Below are positions 39,506 through 54,680 of a stretch of 64,000 nt of DNA, piece by piece. Origin of the DNA: Antedon mediterranea (Eukaryota; Animalia; Echinodermata); the NCBI RefSeq assembly GCF_964355755.1, contig NC_092676.1, positions 6,921,888 to 6,985,887 on the forward strand, given 5' to 3'. Position numbers and translations under genes: made by a program. Each line of letters opens with the position of its first letter. Positions within the stretch are counted from its first letter, which is position 1. The notes under the pieces are model-generated. The model made no database searches. It worked only from the letters and a program-made list of their open reading frames with translations, and had not been told where the DNA came from.

Positions 39506-42500
39506 TAACAGGTGTTGGCCATGTGTTTAAACATATTGCTCCATCATGTTGGTTTCTGGGGAAACTTTATAAATACGTACGTCCGGTCCCCTGAATAGGC
39601 ATATCCCGGTCCAAAGGAGGGATTCTGTCTAAACATTATTAGTGAATTTGACATCTAGGTGGTCGTGCCCACAGATGGTTCTCGAATACACAGTAATTTC
39701 AGTCTAAAAAATAGCTATTTCAAATGTACTTACTGCAGGACTATAATACATTTGTCGTTTACAGAAACAAATAAATAGACAATGATTTATGTAGGCCTAC
39801 TCAACTTAAATTAGCACCCTGGGAATTACTTCCGAAAAAGAAACTTGTCACAAAATAAGTCACAATTTTGTTTAAACCCAATTTGTGTTTTTTATGTAAC
39901 ATTAGGGGTGAGGGATGGGGAAGAGGATAGGTACAAAGAAAATATATTTGTATCCACTCAGTAACCAAATATATGTTTTTTCCTAAATAATACACCAACC
40001 ACTAAAAATACAGTAAAACATTTTCGATTTAAAACTGTCACTGTCACGATACACCACTCTACGAGTTTATATTTTTTATAATTATTAATTAATACAAACG
40101 TTGAGAAGCAAATGTCAGTAATAAAGTTATTTTGTATTTGTTTTTATAATCCAACAGTAGGGCCTACCCACACTCACAGTATTAAAGTTTATTTGTATGT
40201 GTTTATATATCCCACACTCACAGTAAGAAATTTGCGATTCAAATGGCGACCAAAAGTGGTTAATACAATCTAAATGTTTTAAGTTTATCTTTCAAGGGCC
40301 TATAAATGGACCTACTTGTGTAGGTATAGGGAGACTGAGAGGTTGAAATGTTCCATTCATCGCAAATCAATACATTTGTATAAACGTATATTAAACCTAT
40401 CAAAATAGTATTTTTTCTAAGAAAATCAGCCTGTCTTCAATATTATGATGCTGTACTTTAGCTGTTCAACCGGTTTTCAGCTATTAAAACAATTATCGTA
40501 GACGGAGATATATAAATGCGAAGCATCCTCGTATTATTGTGTGCGGGTATTTTTCAAGATGGACATCCATTAGACAGTGTATACCACGACCCCTTATTTG
40601 GGGCAAATCGTTGAACCTAAATTCGTTTTAAGTATCAAAACTAATTATCTAACTCAATTTAATTAGTAAACCAGGTTACATCAGGTGGTTAAAATCAGTA
40701 CTGAAGGTACGAACCAACTTTATATACCATATGAGTAAACATTATAGAATCAACGCGCGAATTTTGCCGGCCCTTTCGTGAGTTTATATGTAGATAATAT
40801 TGTTGCTGTTCATAAAACCCCCTCCTTTGGAAAATCCCTATTCAATGTGAACACTCCTACATTATTTATTAGGTGATGTATACCAAAGTCAAAGGCCAAC
40901 CCTATTCAGTGGATATTTTTTTAGGAGAGGGGTACGGGATGTGTTGAAGGTGTCTGTTAAATTAAATATGGGTTCTATTATAATTTATTATCACAGCCAA
41001 TAAATACACTTCTGTCACGTCCCGTTTCTATTCCTTCCGCCGCTAACAACCTCTTGACTTGAAACTCCATCCTATCCTTCTAACATCAATATCCTTCCTA
41101 TATCTCGATTCAATCCATCTCAGTCTGACCCTCTCCTCACATTGTACCCCATCCCCGGCCCGCCAACTGTTTTTGTATGCAAAATTTCACTAAAATTGAC
41201 GCCAACCCCGTCGCGAACGTTCTGTATTTGTCGCACCATCTGCTACTCTCACAACTGAAACGATTTCGTGGAAAGAAGTACATTTTGTAAAAAAAGAAAT
41301 TGTCTGGCAAATGGACGGTGGTTTCAATTTTAAACATAAACTCTAGAAAGTTTTTGAAACCAGAATTAAATAAAAACCACCTTTTAGTATAGATTCTCAA
41401 CAACTCCTTCGATCAGCTAAAGAAGTAGAAAAACTTGTTGAAAATGCAATGGTGTACGTATTGTGGGATTTTTTCCCCAATTTTCAATTGTTTTAAAGTC
41501 ATCCACCAGTGGATAAATTCGTTGAACCAAAAAATTGCTCGATGTAAAATAATATGCCGACGCCATAAACAATAAGGTGATAATTCATCACAAAAGAGAT
41601 CGTAAATGGACACGTTTTTTTTCAACATTTTTAATTTAAATATGTGGAAAGTAGGCATACTAATGTGAAGTTGTACTGCACCTAGCAATTATGTCTGTCT
41701 CCATTAAATTGATTATTTTTTAATAATTTCGTATTGTTTAATTGATATAATTAATTTATTTTAATATCACTTTATCGTATGAATCACAAAAATATTTCAG
41801 AAATTTTGATTTTGCCGCCCTCTATAGCTGATATCTAAGAACAAACATTACGCAGGTGTTTCAAAAGTCACGTCTGCCGAAATGAAAGGAAGAGTTTTCA
41901 AAACATAAAGTGAAGAAAACAGGAAAGTAAGCTTTGTTTTTTTATATCTGAATAAACTACAAAAGAACATTAGTTTAATCTACATACTCAACGAGTCTGA
42001 CCTAGTACTTCAAATAGCGTGGTAACGACACACCTTTTAAGTACCGCGCTTGAAGGATTGTCAAGTTGTCTCGGCATTCATTCAACAGGCCAGAGGAGAG
42101 AGCGGCATGCCTACTTAATTTAAAGTACAGTGTAGCCTACAAATACTTCACTGCTGGCCAAGGTAAGGTTGAACTTTGTATCCGGGTAGGGTTTTGAGCT
42201 ATCTATTTTGTGTCTATTCAGTTTTATAAATTATGTATTTTATTATAGTGCATTAAAAAAGTGTAACTTTCAGGTAATAATAACAATAATGTTTTTTTTT
42301 TCTTCGCTGTACCATGCACTGCACAAGATTTCATTTTCAGCAGTACTGAAAACCGAGATACCTGTATGTAGTGTTCCGATTATCAACCCTGCCCTCAGTC
42401 TAAATAATCTACCATGCAAACCCCTATCCATCTAACCCTATGATAATTTTTTCCTTCTAAAACTGAACCCACCTTATCCTCGAAATAATCTGTTCACTCG

Positions 42501-43059
42501 AACCGAAACAAACTTTTTACCTCCTTGTTTTAAAGTTTCGATCCAGAAAGGTTGGTTTCCATTTGGATGGAACGCAATAATGAAAGCACAATGCAAGTTG
42601 ACAATCATAAGCAATAGTTTAGTTCATCCATCATGTTTTGATTGTTCAAATTACTGCCATTTTTGCAACATAAAACTTAAGCGAATTTTAAAAATAAAGT
42701 ACAAGTAAATATAGTATTAACAAGATCGCGTATGCGTGACCTTGTGTTATAAAGATTCTAATACATGCTATTTTATACTAATGTAGAGTACATTCTGAAA
42801 ATTATTTGTGGAATGAAACTTTCACAAAGTTCAATCACTCCCGAAAGTTTAATGCACATGAAAGTTTCTGGTTTTACAGTACTTGCAGCTCTAGCTTTTT
42901 CGCCCTCGCATCCAAGTGGAATCCAATCTTTAGAATCTGGTACTGGATCTCTTGGCTAAAATGTTTTTTTTTACAAGTACTGTACAAAAAAAAAGAGAAA
43001 AATTTGCAAATACGACTTTATAATTTACTTTTATTAAACATAATGTAAGGTTAATGACA

Positions 43060-43543
43060 TTAAGTTTATTTTTAAAATAGGTATTTCTAATAAACACGTC
43101 GCATATTCACTATCTGAATAACCCAATACAAATAAAAATATTGAGAGACCACGTAAAATTGCACAACGTATTATTAAAGCTGATCTAACGCCTTGTTCAT
43201 TTATCTATGAAAAGAGTATTTAAAAAACCCCACTCATCCATTACATTACTGTTATAACTTAAATAGATCAGGTATTAGGCTACGACCTCCAAGAGCAAAT
43301 CTTTGTAGAACTAGAAAATCCTTCGTTGTAAATAGCATCCATATTTTTAATTCTAATGTAAGACGTTAATGCAATTTTTAAATAGTTTTACATTTTTAAC
43401 AGTATTTTTAACTTTTTATCATGTATTTTTAATCTGTTATAATTCTGCACGTTTTAAATTGTTGCTATATGGTTGTTTTAATCTACCAAGCAAAGTGAAT
43501 TTCCATTTTTATGGACAAATTAAATTTCTTGAATCTTGAATCT
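43060..43543 (+). mobile_element. 5'-truncated LINE remnant (Rex1/Babar-like ORF2 C-terminus)
   Basis: Translates IERPRKIAQRIIKADL and, after a break, HPLHYCYNLNRSGIRLRPPRANLCRTRKSFVVNSIHIFN. It ends in a (tcttgaa)n tail. Confidence 0.7.
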
Positions 43544-46093
43544 GATACTGATAGTCTGGTTTCAAGAGAATTAAATAATGTCAATCTTTACTGAATGATT
43601 GTATCAATCTATATCCTGTTTTATTCAGGACCTTTATTGTGTGTACTGGTTAGTGACAAGATATCACAATGTCTTTTAAATTTAGGCACATGATAGAGAT
43701 ATCAATTATCATACTCTATGCTCGGTATCATAATTATCCTAAAACAAATTGACTTAGTCTTTGAAAGGAATTTATCTTTATCTAATCAAATAATGACACA
43801 TCCCACGATTATTTATTGTAATATTATATTGTCTGTACAAAATACTATATTTTGACCATTTGTAAAATATTGTTGAAATAAAAATAAAAACAGATATTCT
43901 TAAATTACAGTAATTTTAGTAAATTTATTCTTTTTTAAAGTATTGGTTATGATTATCTTGGCTATGGGTGGGGTGGGGGAGGGGGTGAGGTTGAATTAGG
44001 GGAGGGGATCCAGGGGTAGCTTACTGTTCATTCGCTTACTTACAGTCTCGTAAAACTGTATTTTGTAATAAAAGTTAAAATTGGTATCTTCGGACTATTG
44101 TTTGTACAGTACTTTATTTTTATGTTGTATTAATTTTATACTCTTGCACTAGTTATTGCCATAATAACACATTTCTACAGTAGTTACAGTACCTTTTCAA
44201 AAATACTTAATAAAGCTACGAAATGTTATATTTTGTGCTGGTATTATTAAGTGATGGTTGAACATAGTCATATGATATGGTCCTCAATACCTTTTCTTAA
44301 TACTGCCAGTCTTGTATTTAGACTCATTGGCTAGCTGTAAGTGAGCTGATTATAATGTTTGTTGTAAGAATATCATTTTTATTTAATTACTTGTTTTTGT
44401 ATTTAGCCTTCGAACATTTTTTTTTTTAGGGTACAATAGTCCATTGTAAAAAAAATGACTCGTAGATTGTAGATTTACATTCTGTGAAATATCAAATTTC
44501 TAAAGCGCTGTTTTGATGTTCCTTGATGCTTTCTGCATGAATTCAAAATATTAAAATCTTAAAATTATAGTAAACATAAGTAAAAATTATAACAACTAAT
44601 TAAAAATGCTTTTCTATTTCATATTTATTTTCTTATTGGGTGTCATTTAAGGTATGAAATGATATTTTTTCAACTTACAACATATACAGTAAATGTCAAC
44701 TTTGTATTTTAAGTGACACTGACTTGTACTTGCAACAAGATTAAACACCTAATACTATTGATTTAAATTGAAAACATTTCCATCAATTGATGCCGTAATT
44801 GTACCGGAACAAAATAATGACACTATAATTCTCTTTTAAGTAAATATTAGTTATTACCTGTCTAATAATAAACTCTTAATATTCCATGGTTTGTTATCCT
44901 TTCTGTTATTTTCTATTGTGAATTTTATAACCCAAGCCATTATATCTACTGTAGGACAAAGAATTGCAGAATTGTTACAGCTAGAGTGTACAAATTTACC
45001 AAGGTCACTGAAATAGTTTACTATTGTTCATTTTTATGAAATATAAAGTGTAATACTCAAATTAAGAATTGAACTTTTCCTGAGTACAGTACTGTATAAC
45101 AATTAATGTATACAGTAAATACAGTATGTACTGTATAGAGTTGAACTACTTTGGTGGGTGACCATGTCTTTTCATTTCTCTAAAAAAAGAGAATTCTAGA
45201 AATAGCACTACAGTACTGTAAGTTTGTTTTTAACTTGGTAAGGTAGGGGTATGGTATACAGTGCTATTGTAGGTTGAATATATCCATACATGACAAGTCA
45301 CATGCATCAGGCATACGTGCTGAGGCCCAACCTCAAACTCTCGCACTGTATGTACATCTCACACTTTCTCACCAATCTCAATGATACATGTCACATAAAG
45401 TTTGATAGTGTAGACAAGGCTTTAGGCCAAAACAGCATAAAAATGAAATTTTTTTTGGGAGTACAGTATACAAGTAGTAATGAATATTGATGATTCAGGC
45501 CGGGAACATTGCGGCCATGGACGTTTCGCCCCAAACCGGTGGGGAAGTTCCGTCCCTATTTTGGCTAAAAAAAATGGTTGGAGAATTGGGAATCTCAACC
45601 CAACAGCAACCTAAAACTTGACATGCATGTTGTGTATCCTCTGTTTATACTGGTTGATATACAGTATCTATAACTAACTAAATAACTATCTAACTATAGC
45701 TTAGACCTAATAAATTCAACTATGAAATGAATACAATGGATTATGAATTGATACAGTACATGGCTCTCTAATTCTAATGATGTGATTACGTACTATGTTT
45801 TCCTTTAATCTCTTGCGAATTATCGTCTTTTATGACTGCTGAAGTGCTAGTTGTTTGTACTAGTTTAATAGGAGAGGTTAAGGTGTGAAATGTTCACAGA
45901 CCCCTAAATTGGAACTTTAAAAACCTACTAATCTACTACTACTAATAATAATACTATATTTTCTGCATCTGAAGCTAAATTTCAGACCAGTGGTCATTGT
46001 CCAGCCATAAAGGATAAGACACAAGAGGATTTTACAATCTTCACCAAAGTATATTTTTTATGTACCAAAAGTATAATACCTGCTCCATGCCCT

Positions 46094-46470
46094 GATTCAA
46101 TATTTTTACATTAATTATGTCAATAGGAATGATATAGAAAATGACAGGCAGCTTGTTAAAATGTGTCATGGGAATTTAAATTAAGTTATCCCAATTATAG
46201 TCCATTTTTATCCATTGTAATAAAGGTGGTCAGAAAACTGAATATATCGGTATAGACAATAATAGAGTTAAAACCACTCTATGCTATTATACTGTAGGAT
46301 TCAATATTTTGACATTAATTTAAATGTCAATAGGAATGATATTGAAAATGACAGCTTGTTAAAATGTATCATGGGAATAATTTAAGTTATTCCAATAGTC
46401 CATTTTATCAATTGTAATAAAGTCTTAGGTGTTCAGCCAACAGAGTACTGTATATAAAGACAATGTGCTA
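46094..46470. repeat. About 200-bp tandem duplication
   Basis: gattcaatatttt..tgtcaataggaatgatat..aaaatgacag..cttgttaaaatgt occurs at 46094 and 46298. Confidence 0.85.
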
Positions 46471-47089
46471 TTTTAATCTAAAAACAAGTGTTATTGTATG
46501 TTTGTTTTCTTGATCAGCAGTTGCTTTGATATTAAGTAATATATACACAATTGTGTAAGCGTATACAATAGTGTCTGTGTCAGGTAGTCGCTTCGGGTAA
46601 AGATCAATAATACGCGAATATCATAACTTATTATGAGCTGTATGAAGGTTCAATCCATATTTGGCTCCTGGTTGAGTTATGGTACGTTGAATCTTGGATC
46701 GTTTCTTAGGCTGTAAGCCATTCCACACTATTGATCTTTTTTTTGTTCTCTGTAATCTTGACTATTCATATTCAAATTGAGGGATGAATGTAGTCTTGTC
46801 ATCGTGCTAAGACCTTTAATTCTGGATACTTTCACTGCTTTTAAATTACTTTCTAACTAACAGTGCTTCTTCTTTAAATTGTAGAAAAGGTAAGGTTTAC
46901 TTATTTTTAGCGTTAATAAATGCTCTGTATGATATTTTTCTAGCCAAACAAAACAGTAAAAAACTTGTATAAAAATAGTATTGTAAAGGTAGTAAAACGT
47001 TGTGTAACAGTGTCGTTTTCTGTCAGCTTAATTGGCAGAAGATTGTTTTGTAGAGTAACACTTTTATTCCAAGATTCTAATTCTGTCAT

Positions 47090-49101
47090 TAGGTATCCCA
47101 ATGAAAGCGCACAGAGGGGTATCACTTTTGAAATATTGACGAAATTCGAAAAAGTAGTATGACTTTGATGTTAAATAAATCGTATTCAATCTTAATTAAT
47201 ACTTACAAAATTTATATTGTTTGAAAGTACTTGTTTTAATCTATGTATAAGTGTGTTTATAATTAAAATTAATGAATTAGTTGCCGAGAAAATGCGATTT
47301 TAAAACGGTTCTAAAATCCCGTCGAGCCGATTTCCGCGCGTTGAAAACCTCATCGGAAAATCCCCATCAGTTTTCAAAACACGATCGCACGATTACCATT
47401 GGAGCTAGCGGATTAATTTTTGTTGTATGTTATCAGGCTTTAAATAAGCTTTAATTTGATACGAAAATCGTCTTCTATAAATAGGTTTTTCGTAACGAAA
47501 AGTCAATTTTTGTGACAAAAATCCAATTTTGATTCACCGTTTATGGAAAAATATTATGGATTTTGGTATTAAATTATAGCTAAATCTACATTGAAATCGA
47601 TAAAACATAGTTTACAAACGTATTGTGCATGGTAATTGTGCGAACTACATTTTAAAATGGTGCATGAGGCGTAAATCCCATTCAAAATTTTAAAGATCCA
47701 ACCATTATAATCCGGTGAATATTGTAGTGAGTAAAATATTGTACTCTAAAATACGCGCGTGTTTGTTGTGGCGTTTTCCGTTAAATACATTAATGCACCC
47801 TATCAGCGAATGGTACGTTCCATATTTTGAACACGTTGTTTAGTTTTCCTCGCTCGAGTTCGACCGGCTCGACGCGAGATGTGTGACAGCAGCGATGTCG
47901 GAGATTGACATGTCCTTTTCCGTCGTAGAATATCTGGTTTTACACATTAATTTAACAACTTAAAATTGATGTAATGTGCGGAAGATTTATTATGCAAGTA
48001 TACAATGCAAATGCGTTAGGTTAAAATGTACCGAGGAAATTTATTAAGCTAATTTACCAACGTTACATTTGACTCTGTATACGGCGGCCGAAAGTCATTA
48101 ACTGCGACCGAAATACTTTAACGGGAGCGACTACTGATCGCGAGTAAGCCGTGACTTGGCCTAAACTTTAGCTCCGTATTTCAATTTAATAACGTAATAA
48201 TACGAAAAGAAAACAATTTTTATAATGCTATATATACTATTCAGGTAAACAATTAATTGTTTTAATTAACATTGATTATTTTAAATGAGTTTATTTTGAC
48301 CCATATTGTGCGTTTGCCAAGAGCATATCTTACTTAGCAGCCCGGCTTAGATTTGGTGTCATAATCATATGGGCCTAAAATCTTGTTTTACGTATTCAAA
48401 AGTTATATATAATAGTATTTATGATTGAAATTATAAATATAAAGTATATTAAAATATTCTAATAATTATACTTACCGAAAATTAGTGTAAAAGAAAGGAA
48501 ACAGTACACACCGTTTTTAACATACTTTTTCATTTTTTTTTTAATGATTTTAAATTTCACCATTAAAAAAATTTTTTTTTTTCATATACACATCTAAAAT
48601 ATATTTATTAATGAAATATACACTACATTCTAACAAGTACAAAACAAATTAAATGAATTAGTACAGTAGTTCAAAAGTTACAGATCATTGAAAAATTGCA
48701 GTTTTTTCATTTTTTAGGGAATTCCAGCAAAAATGGGCGTTAAATGCTTTCCTACCACTTTGCGGACCAATAATTTAAAAAATAGGTTTCGTTGAGGCTC
48801 CAAAAAAAATAGAGTTGTACAACTCTGTGATATCTATAGGTTTAACAAAATTCAAAACTTTTAACTAATTATTGTAAAAGTTATAACCTTTTAAAAATGC
48901 TTCCAATTTCAACTGCAAAAAAACACCATTTTTAGGCAAAAAATCGTATATTTTTTTACCACTTTAAATAACCATAACTTTAGAACGGGTAATCGGATTT
49001 CAATCATTTAAATTGCAAAATGCTAATTACATTAAGTTCTTTATGGTTAACTGAAAGAAAATGTAAAAAAATTAATCTGAATTTTTTCATTGGGATACCT
49101 A
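47090..49101. mobile_element. 2.0-kb non-autonomous DNA transposon, 17-bp TIR, 7-bp TSD (hAT- or P-like)
   Basis: ctgtcat|taggtatcccaatgaaa ... tttcattgggataccta|ctgtcat. The interior is CpG-rich (47280-48180) and has no long ORF. Confidence 0.88.
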
Positions 49102-50289
49102 CTGTCATAGGATGTTTCTCACAGCCGTACAGTCAAACTACTAAACAGTACAGTAAAGCCCGAGTTTAATATCCTTTTCACACCTGAAAAAAGTAACAAC
49201 TTGTATTAAACAAGTTGTAACCAGGTTTGCATAGTGTGTAGACAATTTTTCTCAAGATTTCACAAGGAAACCTGAGAAAAACACACTGATAAGAGGCATG
49301 TTTTTTTGTTACTGCGAGTGCCTGTGTGTATTACCCATTAAACTGACCAATCGTAGTAATCAAACAGCGCGCAACTATGTTTTCTCCCAATATTTCCTAC
49401 GTATCGCGTCGTTATGCAGCTGTGGAAAGGGTATTATTATACTAACTGTAGTTTGGAAAGCAAGGGTTGGTGGTAGTTTTCACCGCTGTTGGTTGTCAAC
49501 TGAATAAAATAAATTCTAATTGGTGAGTTGTGTTACCTGTTGGGTATGGTGTGAAAATAAATAGAAAATACAAAAAATATTATAACCTAGAAAGTTTGTT
49601 ATTTTTTGCTAATTACGATATACTAAATATTTATTATTGATGCTGCTAACGGATGACCTCACTCATAAACAATTATCATCATCAATCGACGTTTACTGTC
49701 GTGATGATACAGTTACCATCATTATTATTTTAAACATAATATAATAAATTCAAACTTGGCAAGTACAGATGAAAAAAGGATAAAAAATATGACACAACAT
49801 AATTTGTTTGTGTGTTCTTGCATTTGTTTATTTTTTTTTTTTCTGGCTGTTTCAAATGTCTCTTCGGTGTTTACCAAGAACATAGTAATATACCAATTGC
49901 TCTAAAATAGACCAGTTTGAGCAAAAATTTCATTGTCCAGACTTCTAGGATGATTAAAGCATTTAACACGTAATATAAACAAAACGTTTATTTCATAAGC
50001 TAATTAGCCTTGACTTGTAATTCACAATAATTAGTAATTATTGTAAATTGTGCTATTAAGAGTAGATTGTTTTACATAATTAACTTGATAAACTGGCCGT
50101 AGTACATGATTAAAATAATTCAGTAAATCAAATAATGTTGTGAGTTTGTTTATAGAGCAGTATAGATGTCTCATAGCATAAGTTGGTTTTCCATCGTCCA
50201 TGCGGTTACTGTGTCACACTCATTTCTCAAAAACTGAGAATGCAATAGTAACCTATCATTAAAATATGAGAAATATTGCATGGCATGTC

Positions 50290-51095
50290 ATGAAATCAAC
50301 CAATCAAAATGGCGAGGACTATTTCAGTGTGTTCTATTATAAAATATTTATATTTATTATACAATATTTATAGAAATTTACTTTTTATACCTTGTAAAAA
50401 ATTGTTAGCAATGCAATTTTTGACAATTCTTATATTGACAATAATGAAAAAAAAGTTTTGATAAAGCCTACGTCATTAAATATGAAATCAACCAATCAAA
50501 ATGGTGAGGACTATTTCAGGGTTTTCTATAATAAATTCTGTGTAGAATATTTATAGAAATTTACTTTTTATACCTTGTAAAAAATTGTTAGCAATGCAAT
50601 TTTGACGATGCTATATTAACAATAATGAAAAAATGTTGATAAAGCCTATGTCATATAATATGAAATCAACCAAATAAAATGGTGAGTTCTATTTCAGGGT
50701 GTTCTATAATAAATTCTATATATTATAGAATATTTATAGAAATTTACTTTTTATACTGTAAACAATTGTTAGCTATAATGAAAAAAGTTTTGATAAAGCC
50801 TATGCCATATACCAATCAAAATTGCGAGGACTATTTACAGTGTGTTCTATAATATATTCTATACACAATTATATAGAAATTTACTTTTTATACTGTAAAC
50901 AATTGTTAGCTATAATGAAAACAGTTTTGATAAAGCCTATGCCATACCAATCAAAATTGCGAGGACTATTTCAGTGTGTTCTATAATATATTCTATGCAG
51001 AATTATATAAAAATTTACTTTTTATACTGTAAAAATTGTTAGCAATGCAATTTTGACAATGCTATTGACAATGACAAAAGTTTTGATAAAGCCTC
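50290..51095. repeat. Degenerate 135-195-bp tandem repeat (about 5 copies)
   Basis: accaatcaaaatggcgaggactatttcag...tatagaaatttactttttatac...ttgataaagccta recurs. Confidence 0.9.
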
Positions 51096-51948
51096 TTTGA
51101 TCACAGTAATAACACCAGTGCTAAATGCTTTCAAGCCATGTTTTTATTATTCTGTTAAACTATTGAGATGTTATGTGGAACTTAGTAACTAAACACAATG
51201 CTTGAAAAATATTATAATCTTTTCATGGTTTGCAGCGTCCTTGCTTTTGGTTACATTGCACAAAATCTATTAGTTTTTATTTGTAATAATTATGTTGCAA
51301 CCTGACCTGGGTTTAGTCTATTGAACTTTCTAGAAAGAAAGAAAGAAAGAAATGCAATCTTTTACGGACGGATGAATTCCTTATGTAACAAACAGACATG
51401 GTCAACTCTCTTAAAATTAAAAACAAGTTATTGGCGGTTTTATATATCCCTACAAATATTGTTTTAAAGCAAAAACATGATATAAATTGTATGGTGCGAT
51501 ATAAAAGTGGATGGAACAGCAGTTTTTACTTGTAAGCGAGTAAACAGAATAGAAAATTACAATCTGTTTTAATAGTACTAAAGTATATTCCACATACTGT
51601 AGAACTTAATTGATTGGTTCTTTCATTAAATACCTTTTTCTATAATGTTTTTTTAAAGCAAAAATATGGTAAACAGTACTAGTTTCATGTACTGTAGTAT
51701 TTCTGTAGTAGTTTTTACAGTTCATTAGACATTTAACAATTAGGCTACAACACTGCCAAGATCCTCTGGGATGCTGTAGTCAAAACATACTAATTCACTT
51801 ATCTTAACACACATCACACTCTTCAGTAAATCACAAAGTAGTGACATATATTTCTAGCCTGACTAAATAAAATACAAAATCTAAAAAGGAAACAAAATGT
51901 TGAGATTGTCTCATTGTATTTCCTGAAATTTTAAGAGCAAATACAGTT

Positions 51949-52239
51949 TAGTCTATTTGTGCCTAGCTTAACCTGGATAAACCGACAATAGCCTATGCTC
52001 TCTAGATGGAGCACTTAGATATGAAAAGTCAACAGTTCTTAGAACACCCCCGGTACCATAATGGACTAGTCCACTTACCTGGATAAATACTACCACTGTC
52101 CCTGCAGTCAAGTAAGCGTGTAGTTGTGGACTAAAGTATGTTCTATTGTAGGAACTTTTAACTTTTCATATCTAAACCCTCCCTTTGCACAGCACAGGCT
52201 ATTGTCAGTTTATCCATGTAAAGTGGCACTTATAGACTA
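51949..52239. mobile_element. Palindromic MITE with about 90-bp imperfect TIRs (TAG..CTA ends)
   Basis: tagtcta...cctggataaaccgacaatagcctatgct...ttagatatgaaaagt pairs with acttttcatatctaa...agcacaggctattgtcagtttatccatg...tagacta. Confidence 0.7.
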
Positions 52240-52560
52240 CTAACACCACTATTGGTTTGTGTACTGCCTCATTGATGGTCTCTTCAAGTATTTTGTATTC
52301 CTTGGATGTCAATTTGGAGCCTCTTTTTTAAATACCAGTATATTTTATGTCAATGTTGAACGAAAGTTAACATTGCATTAAATAATATTGAACTCTTTTA
52401 CGATCCAATTTGATATTTTATTTATGTACAGTATGCATGCATGCATCTAATTTATTAGATAAAGTACAATCCCTCCTATTCCTATTCAGTGAAAACTATT
52501 CTGTGAAAAAAGTATCAAATGTAATATAATGTAAAGCCAACCCCTATTGGACAACCGTAA

Positions 52561-53215
52561 AGGGGCTCTTTATGTCGACATGGAACTCAATCCAACTCAA
52601 TTCAACTGAACTGCAAGGAACTAGTTGCGCGATATTACTTGGTCGACATTTTGAGCTGAACGGAACTGAAAGGAACCAGTGTGCGAGCACTTATGTCAAC
52701 ACTGGAACTGATTGTAACTATAGTCGTGGTTACCTTATGGTGCGCATGATGTAGTTGTATAGGAACCAGTATGCACAATTAGCGCTTTTACGGTATTAAT
52801 CGAACAGATACCTACTGGTCGCGGTTATGCATACTGCACGCGGAACTCAATTCAAAGTTTTCTGTTCCGAAAAAAAAATAGAACATGGGGAACTGAATGG
52901 AAATAAGCTTACTGTATGTCAACATTTTGTTTGTGCCGGTCAGTTGCGTTCAGTTGCTTAGAGTGCTTATGTCCCCCTATGTATGTCAGTCGAATTTTTT
53001 TGTTTTGTGCTTGCCAGTTGCGTTCAGTTTGGAGGTCGACACATTTAAGTTTAGGTCGACATAAGGGCACTTTTAGCGGACACATTGTGGGGTCCTGAAG
53101 GTGTTACCCTAATAGAAGCTTACTGTATGTCAGTCAACATTTGTTTGCGCCTTTCAGTTGCTTGGAGGTCGACACATTTAAGTTTAGGTCGATATACTGT
53201 ACAGTAAGGGCACCT
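52561..53215. mobile_element. MITE with gggc..cttatgtcgac ends and a locally duplicated right end
   Basis: ggggctctttatgtcgac at 52562 pairs with gtcgacataagggcac at about 53055, and internal aactgaa/ttcagtt motifs are inverted. Parts of 52906-53075 are repeated at 53117-53215. Confidence 0.6.
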
Positions 53216-53399
53216 TAATGGGACACTTTTTCGGAATGTTTCCCCTTAATGGGAGTCTACTGTATTTAAAAATAATTCCAGTCACCATTGAATTAAAACT
53301 GGAGCCATCTATTGCTTCATGCATGAATGACTGCATTTAGTGTAAAGTTTATTCTTATCACTGTACTTAAATGCATTCCTTTCTTTCATTGTATTTCAG

Positions 53400-53589
53400 C
53401 ATCCAGCCGCGGTCACAGAGACTAAACTGTCATCAGTGTTCATCTTCGTCATGCTCATGTGAAAGGTATAAAACTTGATGAGTTTATCACCATGTAAACT
53501 AGGCTGTTCTTTTTCGCCAAGTTTTTATGATAGTTTATTGTGTTGCTGGTTGGCTTAGCAGGCAGCAGGCGCTGTCTTCTCTTTTAACA
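53400..53589 (+). other. Candidate non-coding 5' UTR exon of the SYTL-like gene
   Basis: A long pyrimidine tract plus tttcag| acceptor and a consensus |gtaagt donor bracket a less AT-rich 190-nt block. The first SYTL coding exon has its own acceptor at 59811, so upstream exons are expected. Confidence 0.45.
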
Positions 53590-54680
53590 GTAAGTATCTT
53601 TATAAAAATTATATATTGTTAGGCTTTTTGGGTTATTTCTTCATGGAAGAACTAACTCTTTTGTACATTTTAATAAGTACAGTATCTTTAAAAGAAATGT
53701 AGTCTGTTTTTTAATTGTTAAACCCAGATCCATTTTTCTTGAAAAAGTATGAAAATATGAATTTTGTTTTTTTTATATCATTTTAAAATCGTTAGGCAGG
53801 CCTACAATTGAAGAATTATGACTCCTCCATGGGCCTACAGTACAGCATTAGCAAATTTAACTAAATTTGTAAATTTTAAAAAGTAGCTTGCTAAAGCTAA
53901 ATGTAGTACCTCTATTATACAAAATCAGAGAGCTTTTTAGTACTGTCCAGTGGTAGAAATGAATTGCTAGGTGCAGATTTAAGCCCCTTAAAATTTAACA
54001 GCCATGTCTTTTGAAAATAAAATAATTGACATTTTTTTCTGCGACCCGACGCATCGTTTTCATCATTATGAGATTGTTAAGTACAGGGTATAATGCTGGA
54101 TCCGCCCAAGTGCTATTTGTAGAATATTTTTTGATATATTTTCCATACTGTACCACCATTGAATAAACTATCTGGAACAATTTCATTCACAACACACCTT
54201 TTAAATGTAACTTAATATCATTGAAAGTAGCTATTATTTCTTAATATGGTTGGTAAAGTTCACTGCCGGCATAATGCGAACACTCCCCGATTTTGAGGCA
54301 GGATCATTATATCCAATCAACTGTTCTGAAGATCTATAGAAAGAACTGTTATTTGTAACAAGTGTTTGGTATTCAAACAATATATGGTTCAATAGATATT
54401 CTGTGAAGGTAGTCATAGAACTTATCTATCTGACATTAAGTTTACAATGAGCCTTTATTAAACTGATCTATTGCTAACAAAAAACCTAAAAATCTATTAG
54501 AAAATTATGGCTTTAATTTGGTAAGTGCTTTATTATACAATAAAGTTCCACTTCTATTTCTGTCATAAACCCTGATTTATAGAATGCAATATTTCTTTTT
54601 AAAATTTTGTTTAGAGCTATCCTGAAACCTCATAATTATAAAAGTTAAAAACCATACTTCATTTAAATGTCATTTATTAA

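Noticed and set aside
53995-54416. Two short minus-strand ORFs as a nested gene
   Set aside because: There is no recognisable domain and no consistent splice pattern linking them.
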